This document shows positions 9,698 through 20,800 of a stretch of 64,000 nt of DNA, in pieces. A program made the translations under genes and the position numbers. How positions within the stretch are numbered: position 1 is the stretch's first letter; each line of letters starts with the position of its first letter. Source of the DNA: Methanobacteriota archaeon (lineage in GTDB: Archaea > Thermoplasmatota > Poseidoniia > Poseidoniales > Thalassarchaeaceae); contig WTHQ01000019.1 of assembly GCA_011523055.1 (NCBI GenBank), forward strand, positions 25,282-89,281. The letters run 5' to 3'. Under the pieces are notes generated by a model. That model made no database searches and was not told the DNA's origin. It saw only the letters and a list, made by a program, of their open reading frames with translations.

Positions 9698-12223
9698 CTA
9701 TCGCCCCATCAGTGCTCTATGCACTGAATTTTGGATTTCTTTCATCCGTTTGTGGGCCCCAATGTCCTTGAAAACTGACAAGGACCTTTGGAGGTAGGCT
9801 ACTCTCTCGGATCTGTCGCTTCCTATGGCCCCGAGGCGGGCGAGGATCTCTGCCTGTAGGAGCCTGAAGTCGTTCGCCTCGGCTATGGATAGTGCGTCTA
9901 GGTAATGCTCAGAGGCCTCACTGGTTCTACCGACATCAACAAGAACCTGGCCTAGAAGCATCTCTGTCTCCACCGCATTAGTTGGGTTTGCATCCTCAGA
10001 AAATGTTTCTAGTGCCGCATTGTAATGCAATAAAGACAGCTCCACGTCCTTGGACTTTGCATAGAACCTCCCCAGGATGGCCCTGGATCGGGCATGCAGT
10101 TGCTGTTTATCCAATTCCAACGTCAAATCGTGGGCGCTCATTGCATGTTTCCTCGCCTTCTCGGATTCTCCGATTTCTAGGAAGCCATCAGCCAGCCTTA
10201 GTTGTGCTGAGATCAATTCCCTTTGGTCCTCGACCTCTAGCATCTCCTCTACGTTTTGGTACACCTCCCTGGCTCTTCGATCGTCTCTCCTTTGTCTGAA
10301 AATGGCCCCCATGCTGATGTACGAGTCCGCAGCGCCCCTTGCATCCTTGGTCTTGATCTGGAGGCTGAGCGCCTGCCTCAGCGTTTCCAGCGCATCATCA
10401 AGAGCCCCACGCTTGACCTCAAGGTCTGCGCGTGTGGAAAGTATTCTCGACATCGACTTTGAGTCCTTGATTCGCCTTGTTATGGATGTGGCTGAGTCTA
10501 GCTCCTTCTCCGCTTCGTCCCAGTTGCCCTGTATCAGCAGAATCTCCCCTGACAGCTCATGTACCAATGCTTGGGTTTTAGCCTCAAGGGCATCACCTTC
10601 TATGCCTCTCAGAATGCCAAGCAATTCAGTGTGGCCACCTCGCACGAGATCCAGTCCGTGGCCCTCCAATACGTGAGCTAGGGCCTCGAGGTCCCCGGAC
10701 ATGCTGAGGTGGTGAAGGTGTTCTATCCTGTCCTCCGTAGTAACAGATTGTTTCCCGTACCATTCAGCTGCAGATTTGTGCAGGTCTCTTCGAATTTGCT
10801 CATCCATTGACCTTGATGAGAATTCTCTAACGAGGTCGTGAACGTCCAGTTCGTCTTGGTTTGCCCTCCGCGCAAGCCCACCCTCGATAAGGCTCTCAAT
10901 GGCATCTTGCGAGGTCGGCCTCGGGAGGGCTTCGGAGGGTATTGGCTCCCTGAAAACGCTAATTGCCCCTAGAATGTTCTTCTCTTCTGAGGTCAGTTTG
11001 CTGAAGATCTCCTTCTCGACGAAGGCTTCGAGAGTGGTGTGGACTGACCCTGTGAAGTTGCCCCTATTGATGAGTTCGAGTACTAGGGGGTGCCCCCTGG
11101 AGAGGGCGTATATGTGGGAGAATCCAGGGTCGTCGATGGTTGACATGGAGCTCAGTAGTTTCCTGCTGGCACTTCGATCCAGTCCCTCAAGCCTGAGGTA
11201 GGTTGAGACTGTTCGGCCCCTTGGGTCGAATTCCGGCAGCAGCCTCCTGAATGATCTGGTGAACAGCACCATTCCAGCCTCACCACACTCATCTATCCTT
11301 TCAGACACTGACACAAGGATTGTGACCAGGGCCTCGTCGCTTATTTTGTGGACGTCGTCAATCACAACGAGTGATGGATTCTTCCTCATCCCCTCGATGA
11401 TTATGTTGGAGCAAATCGAGGGGTTCGGAGTCTGGGCTCCTTCCAGATAGTCCGAGAGTTCCATTTGACCCATAAGGCCCAGCCACTCCCCCATCGCCTC
11501 CAGGAATGAGCGTGAGCCGTCCCTCTCCTGGCATCGGTGGAAAAGTAGGTTCCTACGGTGCGTGAAGCGTTCAATGACCTTTGCTGCAAGTGCGGTCTTA
11601 CCTATGCCCGCGATCCCTGGGACGACGATCGACGTTGAGGCTTCTTCCAGCAGGTTCGCGATTTTGTCTAGCTCAGCCTCCCTCCCAAAGAATTTCCTAA
11701 CACGGGGCAAGTCCGCCAAAGATGATGAGAATTGTCTTTCGATATGCTTTGTGAGGTCCCTCTCTATGAGTTCCGAGTTCAAGCTCGTTAGATCAATCGT
11801 AGCATCATCGTCCATGTACCTGAGTACGTCAACGTGTCGGAGATCTATGTCGGACTTAGACACCAGCTCAGATATCGATAGCTCCTGGATCATACCACCT
11901 GATTGGATGGTTTTCACCAATTTACCGGACACCGATTCCCAGACCTCGTCGGATAGTGAGACCCCCTCGTCTGTCAGAAAGTATGCTTTCCTCTTCCTGG
12001 TGACCCCTGTGATGTGAGCTTGTCTTTCGATGACATGGCCGGATTCCTTCAGTGAGCCTATCGCCCGTGGAACGTTTGATCTTGCAATCGAGACAGCGTT
12101 TGCAATTCCCATCTGTGATAGGGCGAAGGGAACCTCGACCCTATCGCGGTAGTCGGCGTAGTCCCTTAGGTGGAGGAGTATGCGGATTTGAACGCCAGGT
12201 CGTGATGTGTTGTGACGAGGCAT
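9698..12223 (-). CDS. wHTH-STAND (NB-ARC/MalT-like) ATPase with C-terminal TPR repeats
   Basis: N-terminal HTH (SQMGIANAVSIARSNVPRAIGSL), FFGREAEL, Walker A GIAGIGKT, Walker B LVVIDDVH, GxP motif RGHPL, VHDLVRE, then TPR-like helical repeats. Confidence 0.85.
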   Translation of the reverse strand: MPRHNTSRPGVQIRILLHLRDYADYRDRVEVPFALSQMGIANAVSIARSNVPRAIGSLKESGHVIERQAHITGVTRKRKAYFLTDEGVSLSDEVWESVSGKLVKTIQSGGMIQELSISELVSKSDIDLRHVDVLRYMDDDATIDLTSLNSELIERDLTKHIERQFSSSLADLPRVRKFFGREAELDKIANLLEEASTSIVVPGIAGIGKTALAAKVIERFTHRRNLLFHRCQERDGSRSFLEAMGEWLGLMGQMELSDYLEGAQTPNPSICSNIIIEGMRKNPSLVVIDDVHKISDEALVTILVSVSERIDECGEAGMVLFTRSFRRLLPEFDPRGRTVSTYLRLEGLDRSASRKLLSSMSTIDDPGFSHIYALSRGHPLVLELINRGNFTGSVHTTLEAFVEKEIFSKLTSEEKNILGAISVFREPIPSEALPRPTSQDAIESLIEGGLARRANQDELDVHDLVREFSSRSMDEQIRRDLHKSAAEWYGKQSVTTEDRIEHLHHLSMSGDLEALAHVLEGHGLDLVRGGHTELLGILRGIEGDALEAKTQALVHELSGEILLIQGNWDEAEKELDSATSITRRIKDSKSMSRILSTRADLEVKRGALDDALETLRQALSLQIKTKDARGAADSYISMGAIFRQRRDDRRAREVYQNVEEMLEVEDQRELISAQLRLADGFLEIGESEKARKHAMSAHDLTLELDKQQLHARSRAILGRFYAKSKDVELSLLHYNAALETFSEDANPTNAVETEMLLGQVLVDVGRTSEASEHYLDALSIAEANDFRLLQAEILARLGAIGSDRSERVAYLQRSLSVFKDIGAHKRMKEIQNSVHRALMGR

Positions 12224-12285
12224 GGAAGTAGGCTATACCCTTCTCAATGAAAAGGATTGTTTACACAAGATCATGATTGACGCCT

Positions 12286-15200
12286 TTAGGCTTGGTCCTC
12301 TGGGACCCATTCCCCTGCTTCGACGTCCCACAACCAACCAGGGTTCTCAGCATCCTTGATGAATCTCTGATCCTGTGAAGCTGTATGGTCATCAATCAAG
12401 TCGCCACCATCGAACTCAACGAATCTCGCTCCAAGCGCGCCGAGGGCCGCGAGCACCAGCAACAGTGCACCTATCAATCCCCATGGGAGGCTCCCATCAT
12501 CGTCGGATCCATCTGATATCTGTGCCCCTTCTATCGGGTCTCCAATGCCCATGGTGAATTGTGGGGTGACTGTCCCGACGATCCTGTTTGCCGGTATGAT
12601 GAGGTTCCAAGTGCTATCCTCCTTGACCACTGTTGAATTTGCAGGGTTGGTGTCGATGTAAGCCGTGACTGACCTACCAGGTATGCCAGTGCCCTGGAAT
12701 AGTATGCCCGTGTCGCCCGGCCCGAGAGTACTGGTTTCCGGCTCGTTGACTGAAAAGATAGTTGGGATTACAATGAAGTCAACGGGATCAGATTGGACCT
12801 TTGAACCAAACACGTCTTGTGCGATGAAGACAACGTTCTCCATGTTCCATTCCGACATGTCCGTTGTGTAGAAGGCCATCACGTCCGGATCATATGTAGC
12901 GATGCCACTTGAGTCGATCCTGATTCCAATGGCATGTTGATCATCGATGACTGCCATTATTATGTCCTGATCAGGGTCGGGATCTGAGAAGTGATTGGTC
13001 AGGTCGATGGTTATCGAAGTGCATCGGTCGAGCAGATCAAGGTTTTCGGCATCGCAATAGAGGGTGAATTCCTGCTGCCAGCCCTCGCTGTCGAAAATAG
13101 GACGGTTGTTTCCTCTGTTCGGGGGGTTGTCAGCAATGAACTCTATTTGGTCCCACTGCGAGTGACCAATTCCATCGAAGCTCCGTGCATGTATCGTGTA
13201 AGGTCGATCATGCTGTAGATTCCGGGAGTCCCATGATGTCGACCAATAATCTCCTTGGATTTCGGATCCTGTCAAGGTGATCGTGTCCACAACGATTCCG
13301 TCTATTGGGTCCCTGATTTCTATATCTATCCTGTTTACCTCTCCGTCAGGGTCCTGAGCGACTCCTGAAATCAGACTATTTTCTGATGCTGTTACGTATG
13401 AGCCATCAACTGGCTCCGATAGTTGCAATAGAGGTTTCCTGTTCTCATTATCGATTGTTAAAGTCAAAACCTGTGGATTGCACTCGTCAACGATGCCCAG
13501 ACAGAAGTCTGAGTCAGATGCCCAGATGGTAAAGGTGTAGTCATCTGAGGTTCTTGGCAGTGCTGCGTAACTCCATTCATACGTCCATGCGTTTCCAGTC
13601 CAAACAGCATCTGCGGGTGTGTCACTGTAGTACCCATCCCCCTCGATTATGAAATAGATGTCTTGAATATCGGAACCACAACTCAGAGGGCACCCATAGT
13701 CATCAGTTGCGATCCCTGAGAAGGTTATTTTTTTGTCTTCAATTCTGTGGGTTGTTGAGTCAGCTGGTTCTGAGACTGTTATCGATGGTGGTTGAGTGTT
13801 GAGTTTTACCGTCTTGGATACAATCTCGCTGTAATCGAGGCCGTCGAAGGACCGTATCTCGAACACATAGTCATCCTCCGGATACTCCGACATGTCCAAT
13901 GAGTATTCCCATGTCCTGAACGGATGATTTGTTCCAGTGACCTCTCCTGGCCCCATTCCAGACGTGTCAATGGCGGTGCCGGCATTCTCCCATGCCCCAG
14001 TAAATGGATCCTTCACCTCGACCCTGTGCACGTAACCCTTCTGTGCCCACCTAGACTCTTCCGCGGACGGGTAGACTCCGATCCACTCTCCGTCCCATGC
14101 TGTGCCTGTGATCGTGACTATTCTCTTGAAGGACGTGTCACTTGATTCATCCAGACTTATTGAGGGAGCGTCATTTTCCAGCGTCACCGTTCCCTCGTAG
14201 GTGGACTCTGGGAGAAGGAAGTCATACTGATAGTAACCTGACCCGAATTTGTACCCTGTTACGAAGTACTTTGACATCTCACGGCTACCAGTAGAGTAGT
14301 CACAGGAGTCATCCTGCGTGTCATAGAGGAGGTCGCCATCGTTGTCTATCCCATCCGAGCAAGAGTCCTCATACTCGTCATCTGCGAAGCCGTCTGGGTT
14401 GTCCCCTCCTTGCAGACCCCTGAAGTCGAGATGTGAGTTTGATGGTAGCGCGATCCATGGCGTCCTTCCGTCCTCGAGCGTCTCAAGGGAGTAGAGGTCA
14501 TTGCCCACTCCATCCTCGACTAGTATGTTCGCCCCAGGCACGGCCGTGCCATCTACTATGGCTTGGAACCTTACCATCTCCGCGCGCTTCACCTGTACAG
14601 AGTAGAATGTCGGCTGGGTCGCGATTTGAATCTTGGAGAGGTCCAAGTTCGCGACGTTGGAGAAAGTGAACACAGTGGAGTTGTTATCCATATTCAACGC
14701 CAATGGGAAGTCAAGGGGAGTGTAGTCGGGGCAGATAGCGCAGCTCGTTGTTTGATGAGGCACTATATTTGTGTCCCAGTCCCCATCCGGATTACCATCG
14801 TTGTCGTTGTCTACGACTCCCGGCCATGCTTCTTGATCGTCCCATGAGAGCTTGACCGGCACTTCCCCAGCAGGGGCGTCTGGAATTGTTTCCGATTGGA
14901 CCGTGACCGATGATTTCGTCACATTGTAGGTGCTAGTGACCCCGTTCCATAGATTCTCGGTGAAATATGCAAGTGTGCCATATTGTTGAGCTCCAGCGGC
15001 ACCCGTGTCAAAGTTCTGGAGGACAGCACCCTGAGAATTTAGGTTCCAGGTGTTCCTCTGGACATTGAGCAACGCCCCCGTTGCCCTGATTCCGTCGGCG
15101 GACCCGCTTGCGGTGAAGACGTTATCGACAAGTGTCGCACCTGCCCTGTGAACCATCACGACCGGACACGTAAACTCCCCGTCCCAGTGCGTATTGGACT

Positions 15201-16533
15201 GGCATGTGCCGGTCCCGAGGCTTGAGACCTGGTTGTTTGCGAAGTACAGCCTTCTGACATCGGGGTTATCGCCGACCCAATAGTCTCCGGCAATCACTGG
15301 CTCCCTTGCAGTGTCGCTGATCGTGTTGTTCTGTGCGTCTACGTCGAATGAGCCTATGAGCCAGAGCCCATTCCAACCACCAATCGGCCCGATGTCATTT
15401 CCGTGTATAGTCGCACGACTGGACTGGATGGCGATTCCCGAGCCACTCGCTGCCCCGCTGAGGTCATTTTCATGGATCTCGGCTAGAGATCCCGCATAGG
15501 CGGTTATCGGAGTGCCGTCTGCGGTTGTGATGACATTATTGGAAACGTTGGTCGGGTACTCATTCGAGCCGATGGTAATCATTCCGTTTATGTCCACGCC
15601 ATTGCAATTTACGTTGATTGTGGAATCCGTGACCTTACCGGCTGAGGACCTGTAGCTGAGCCCGAAATCTCCACTGATGACGTTTATGTTTCTGAAGTCT
15701 GCGAATGATTCTTCGACCCAAACCGCTGATCGGCCGTTATCCTGATTTCGACACCCTCTCTCAGTGGATATGAAATCGGAGTTCTCGAAGGTGATGGGGA
15801 TGCTTCCTGTGCCTCCCCCATAAATCTGGACAGCGTTCCCTGTGACTCCACTCTGCTCATCATTTCCAACTGTGTAGGTGCCACCAACGAATCTTGGTTG
15901 GGCGAGCTCCGTTGCTAGTACGCTTGAGGTGTTGGTGTCCGTGAACTGGAGCTCCACCAATTCAGGGGATGCCCCCTGGAGCACTAGGGCCCCATAACGG
16001 AATTGGTTCACCGTGGGAACTGGAAATGGGACGCCCCATGCCGACTCGATATCGAGGAACTGAAGTACAGTCTCAGACAGATCTATTGTACTGCGGATGA
16101 TTATGCCCTCGCCACATGAAGGGTCCTCGATACCAAGGGTGGATGTTCCATAGGACATACCATCGCAGTCCCCCTTGGCGGACGCGTTGGATGGATCTAG
16201 CCAGGTCATCGATATGCGACTGGAGGCAGAGGCGTCCTGGGAAGCCCCGCAAGATGCCGCGCCGACGCAGAGATTCCCACGGGCCTCCAATGAGGTTCCA
16301 TTGGAGAATGTGACTTCAGTGGATGGCTCGATTATCAATTTTGCACCAGGTGAGATGATTATGTCACCGCTGACGGTATGCGACCCAGACCATGTCTCTA
16401 TTGAGTTGATGTAGCCTGAGCTGGTTGTATTCTGGGCGGACACTGAGGAAGCGGGGCCTACCAATGCAGCCAATGTTGAAAGTAGTAGAATGGTCACCAG
16501 CGCTCTGCTCTTCAATCCGGCCAACTCGCCCAT
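12286..16533 (-). CDS. large surface protein: right-handed parallel beta-helix plus Ig-like domains and C-terminal membrane anchor
   Basis: Signal peptide after MGELAGLKSR (start 16533; the track start 16752 overlaps the upstream gene), Asn/Gly/Ile beta-helix repeats, Ig-like repeats (ISGVAQDPDGEV, IHARSFDG), TM WGLIGALLLVLAALGALG. Confidence 0.8.
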   Translation of the reverse strand: MGELAGLKSRALVTILLLSTLAALVGPASSVSAQNTTSSGYINSIETWSGSHTVSGDIIISPGAKLIIEPSTEVTFSNGTSLEARGNLCVGAASCGASQDASASSRISMTWLDPSNASAKGDCDGMSYGTSTLGIEDPSCGEGIIIRSTIDLSETVLQFLDIESAWGVPFPVPTVNQFRYGALVLQGASPELVELQFTDTNTSSVLATELAQPRFVGGTYTVGNDEQSGVTGNAVQIYGGGTGSIPITFENSDFISTERGCRNQDNGRSAVWVEESFADFRNINVISGDFGLSYRSSAGKVTDSTINVNCNGVDINGMITIGSNEYPTNVSNNVITTADGTPITAYAGSLAEIHENDLSGAASGSGIAIQSSRATIHGNDIGPIGGWNGLWLIGSFDVDAQNNTISDTAREPVIAGDYWVGDNPDVRRLYFANNQVSSLGTGTCQSNTHWDGEFTCPVVMVHRAGATLVDNVFTASGSADGIRATGALLNVQRNTWNLNSQGAVLQNFDTGAAGAQQYGTLAYFTENLWNGVTSTYNVTKSSVTVQSETIPDAPAGEVPVKLSWDDQEAWPGVVDNDNDGNPDGDWDTNIVPHQTTSCAICPDYTPLDFPLALNMDNNSTVFTFSNVANLDLSKIQIATQPTFYSVQVKRAEMVRFQAIVDGTAVPGANILVEDGVGNDLYSLETLEDGRTPWIALPSNSHLDFRGLQGGDNPDGFADDEYEDSCSDGIDNDGDLLYDTQDDSCDYSTGSREMSKYFVTGYKFGSGYYQYDFLLPESTYEGTVTLENDAPSISLDESSDTSFKRIVTITGTAWDGEWIGVYPSAEESRWAQKGYVHRVEVKDPFTGAWENAGTAIDTSGMGPGEVTGTNHPFRTWEYSLDMSEYPEDDYVFEIRSFDGLDYSEIVSKTVKLNTQPPSITVSEPADSTTHRIEDKKITFSGIATDDYGCPLSCGSDIQDIYFIIEGDGYYSDTPADAVWTGNAWTYEWSYAALPRTSDDYTFTIWASDSDFCLGIVDECNPQVLTLTIDNENRKPLLQLSEPVDGSYVTASENSLISGVAQDPDGEVNRIDIEIRDPIDGIVVDTITLTGSEIQGDYWSTSWDSRNLQHDRPYTIHARSFDGIGHSQWDQIEFIADNPPNRGNNRPIFDSEGWQQEFTLYCDAENLDLLDRCTSITIDLTNHFSDPDPDQDIIMAVIDDQHAIGIRIDSSGIATYDPDVMAFYTTDMSEWNMENVVFIAQDVFGSKVQSDPVDFIVIPTIFSVNEPETSTLGPGDTGILFQGTGIPGRSVTAYIDTNPANSTVVKEDSTWNLIIPANRIVGTVTPQFTMGIGDPIEGAQISDGSDDDGSLPWGLIGALLLVLAALGALGARFVEFDGGDLIDDHTASQDQRFIKDAENPGWLWDVEAGEWVPEDQA

Positions 16534-16582
16534 GCTTGCACTCGGCGTGTCAACAGATATAACCCTAGGCGGGATATGGGAG

Positions 16583-17815
16583 TCACCAGTTGTCTGCGGA
16601 GGCCTCGATGGCATCTCGCCATGCCACAGCATCAAGCATGCCATATCCTGATCTCGGATCGTGGCCGATCTGGTCTTTCGTTTGTTTTGCGCTCTCGGCA
16701 AGTGCCCTCTTGAAATGATGAATGCGGTCCTCATCGTAATCCTCGAGGTCAAGAAGGTCTTTTTCAGAGAGATCCTGGAGGATCAATGACAAGGTAGCGG
16801 TGACAAACATGGTAGCGTCACTTGTACCGGTTGAATATGCATAGGGTGGAGATTTCTCACTGGAAACGGTGGATAGAATGTAGGACCCAGGGGCTAGGAT
16901 CTCAGGCTTTTGGTTCGGCCAGACTCTAACTGACTCAGTGTATGGGTCGAAGTCCGAACCGATTGAGGTGTTTGACCAAGGCGTCAGAAACCTGTCATAC
17001 GCACCGACGCTGATGACTCCCTCTACGTTTGCGGGCGTTGATACGTCTAGATTGTTCGGTCCGGCGTTGCCCGCCGCGGCAACGACGAAGATCCCACTAT
17101 CAAGTGCATCGTTGACTGCGGTGGAAACGGATCTCGATGCTTGTTGGGAAGATGCCTCGAATGGGCCGCCCAGTGACAAGCTGATAATGTTCACCTGTTG
17201 AGAAACACGGCACCACTGGATGGCATCTGCAACTCTGATGCTATTGCCGGTGGTGCCCTCTGGACCTAGGCCGACCGCTATGCTTAGTGTCACACCCTTT
17301 GCCATGCCGCTCAATGGGCCAGATCCGTTCGAGACGAGCAACCCGGCCATGGCGGTGCCATGGTGAGATTGGCTAACGTCCCTAACCGAATCATGCTGAA
17401 ATGCGTAAAAGTCCCTGAATCCAACTAGATTCATTTTTTGGAGATCGGGGTGCGAGGCATCTATCCCCGTGTCGACTATGCATACTTTGATCCCGCTTCC
17501 GTCCAATCCCTCATTGGCTAGGTCCCTCACTCCTGAGGACTCATATGCCCAGTCCGAGGCAGGGAGGTACGGGGTCAATAATGGTTGGATCATCGGCCAG
17601 AGCAGCATCATAACGATCATTGTCGCGGCCCCCCCGACCGCACCATATGGCCATACGAAGGTGGAGATTGAGGTCATCGGCCTCCGAAGGTCCCTGGCCT
17701 CGAGGTCAGAGAGGCCATAGGCCTCCCCAGGATACCCTTCCGCCTCTTTGTCGACCGCTGTCAGGATGGCACGGTCCCCCGGTTCTGGCATCAACTCGAC
17801 GCCATCGCCAGGCAC
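16583..17815 (-). CDS. membrane-anchored subtilisin-like S8 serine peptidase
   Basis: IVDTGID (Asp), HHGTAMAG (His), AAAGN (oxyanion Asn), STGTSDAT (Ser); N-terminal TM helix. Start uncertain. Confidence 0.85.
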   Translation of the reverse strand: MPGDGVELMPEPGDRAILTAVDKEAEGYPGEAYGLSDLEARDLRRPMTSISTFVWPYGAVGGAATMIVMMLLWPMIQPLLTPYLPASDWAYESSGVRDLANEGLDGSGIKVCIVDTGIDASHPDLQKMNLVGFRDFYAFQHDSVRDVSQSHHGTAMAGLLVSNGSGPLSGMAKGVTLSIAVGLGPEGTTGNSIRVADAIQWCRVSQQVNIISLSLGGPFEASSQQASRSVSTAVNDALDSGIFVVAAAGNAGPNNLDVSTPANVEGVISVGAYDRFLTPWSNTSIGSDFDPYTESVRVWPNQKPEILAPGSYILSTVSSEKSPPYAYSTGTSDATMFVTATLSLILQDLSEKDLLDLEDYDEDRIHHFKRALAESAKQTKDQIGHDPRSGYGMLDAVAWRDAIEASADNW

Positions 17816-17835
17816 TGCTACCCACCTACGCTCAG

Positions 17836-20800
17836 TCAGAAGGGCGCGTTGGGTTTCCTTCCGGGCCTTCTGGTCAATAGGATCAAGAGGCCCCCGAGAA
17901 TGACGATTAGCACGACCATCAAAACTTGGGTGGCATTTCCAGCCTCATCGACACTTGGAGACTGGAGGTTGTATTTCTTTGTGTAAGGGTCCTCAGAGGA
18001 CTCCTTCCCGTCAACCGATTCTATTGAGAAAACGATCCAAGCATCCCCTTGAGTGAGTGAGCTGAAGTTAAGGTCCAAGAATGCCGTGTCTTGGCCACCT
18101 GCAGGAATCGAGAGGACTGTACTAGCGTTGATGCCGGATAGCTCTGCTTGAGCGGAGGTCTTGTGGTCCGCCCTGACCACTACCTCTCCTGCTTCAACCA
18201 AACCATTGTTTTCTACTGTCAGCACCACAGTCTGAGTTGATCCATAGACAGGGTCCTTGCCCCCTCCCAACCATGAAACACTATCTCTATCGATCGATAT
18301 GACGGCAAACTGCGCGCTTACCTCAAGCACAACTGGTTGGTATTCAGTCTGATCGCCGCCGATGACGTACATGGTTAGCGAGAACGGCTCGTCTGTGGCA
18401 GCCTCTGGCGCACTCAGTACGACGGATACTGCTTGGCTTTCGAACGCCCCAACGGTGACCGACTGCACGCCGGTCCTCGTCCAACCTTCGGGCAAGGCAT
18501 CATCGTCAAATGAGATCGCGAACACCTCGTCCGAATTCCCATCGTTCTGGAACGTTAGCTGTAGGTTTTGCTGGGATCCCGGCCTGACGCCATACAACTC
18601 ATCGGGTTCCTCCGCTAGGCTCCAACCAGTAGTCTTTGGGACGTTGACCATTACCTCAACGTCCTCATTGACCCCATTGTCTGATGATATCTGAATGGCC
18701 ACTGCCCGTCCGTCGGGGAAGTGCCGTGCCACAGTGGAGTTCGGGGGCGTAATCTTGACACTGATGGTCTTCTGGTCGTCATCAATTGACATTAGTAGGG
18801 TCGTAGAATCGGTGTACTCCCCGGACCCGTTGTCAATTTGGATCGCCCATTCGGCTGAGTCGGTGCCTGGTACTGTGGCCCTTATGTTGAATTCATCTGA
18901 TGTCTCATGGCCCTCGTAGTCAATGACGACCTCGACGAATATTGGGTCGTAACCCCCCATACCATCGAGTTCTGCGACAAGTATTCCGGCTTCGTCGACG
19001 ATGGCGGATGTTGATGAGCCCACAGACGCCGATATGGCGCTATTTGAGATTCTATTGAACCTCAGGTCGATTGGTGCAGTCTCGAATGAGTCCGAAATGG
19101 TTGACGAGGGGATGCTGATGGACTGGCCTGCCTCGTATGCCATGGTCCTATCCTGCTGGTGGACCTCGAAATCCCCAGAGACGGTAACAGAACCCGATGG
19201 GAGTAGTACCCTGATTTCTCCGTTTGAGGGCACAGCCAGCCTCCATTCTACTGAGGGGCCTGACTCCATGAGAAGCGTTATCTCATCGGCTAGGATATCG
19301 GAGCCATCCAGGTCCATGTCGATTGAGGAGATGGAGTGGAGTCCGCCCTCGTAGTCGATCCATGAGCCATTCATCACGAGCCATCCCCCGGGCACGAGGT
19401 CAACGTCCGCTTGGCCCCCATCCACTAGATCTGCGAATATGGGGGCGAAGGCGACCAGGTTTCTGGATTCATCACGGATCTGTAGCACGTACCTGCCGGG
19501 CTCAAGATCAACGGACCATGTCCCGTCCCAATCCTGTCCCCCTCCCTTGTCAGCTGAGACTGATGGCATTGCGAATCCCTCTCTTGGGACCAATAGGATT
19601 TCAATATCGTCCGACCAGGCGGGATCCACTGATTCACCGAGGTATGTGATGCTGCCTCTGGCCGTGACCGTACCTGCTGTGAGTTCGACATCTAGGTCGA
19701 CTGGCGCGCTCTCGATGGAAGTGTTGGCTTCCATGGTCGCGAATCCGTCTTTTTCGACTGTTATAGAAAGGGTGACATTCGACCGCACCAACGTTGAGTA
19801 TGTTCCAGACTCATCAGTGGTGATTTCCACTGTGGACTGTCCGTCATCCACCAATATGGTAGCATTGGATACTCCCTCTGCGACATCTGCTTGGCCGTCC
19901 TTGTCGAAGTCCCAGAACACCTTCCCAGAGAGGGTGACCTCCCTCTGCGCTTGGAGTGTTACTTCCCTGAGCTGCCCTGCTTGAACCTGGTCAATGTGCG
20001 TCTCTTGAATGACTATCCTGACGCCACCGACCTCTTCGTCATGGCTTATGCTCCAGTTGCCTGGGACGACGTTTGCTGACGAGGAACCAGTTTCGTTCGT
20101 GATGGGCATCTTCACCGAACCCAGGCCATCCTGCGACTCGAGGAATAGTCTCTGGCCCGCAACAGGGCTGGAGGACTCAGTGTCGAGTATCGTTATGTTC
20201 AACGTGGCCATCTCTGTGAGTTCCAATGTCATTTCAGGGGACTCTGAGCCTGCGATTACCTCGACATGGGACCTGACTCCTAGCACAGTGTTGTCACCGG
20301 GCTCAAAGCCATCAATCTCAATTATTGTTTGCCCTGTTGGCAGCAGGGCGAGTATGTTGCCGTCTTCATTGGTCCTCAGCGTTGTCACTGTCACAGGATC
20401 CGTGTCAATGTTCCTGAATTTCACATCCAAATCAGGAACAGGGGCCAGGAGTTGGTCAAGGATGGTGACATTGACGACCCCCTCTGGATCAAACCCTATG
20501 TCTCTGGCAAGGGATGTTGGTTGGTAGGGAACCTGTAGATTGGTGTCACCAGTTAGGATCCTCGTGCCGAAGAGAGTCTCGTCCGGGTTAAGGATGGATG
20601 TCTCGATGACGTAGTTGCCCGGTTCCAGCTCTATGTTCGCGGATCCTGTCGTGGATGTTGTTAGGTTCCGCTCGATTCCATTTGGGTTGAGTGGGACGAT
20701 CCTGAAGTCCGCAACTACGCCACTGCCGTTCGTGAAATTGCCATCCCCTGAGGTGTCGATGAAAGCAAACAGGTCCAAGGTGCTGTTGACTGGTGTTATG

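Noticed and set aside
8849..12223. AVAST/Avs1-like defence system (MBL + STAND)
   Set aside because: The genes are convergent, the MBL is YycJ-like, the STAND effector is an HTH rather than a protease or nuclease, and there is no defence-island context
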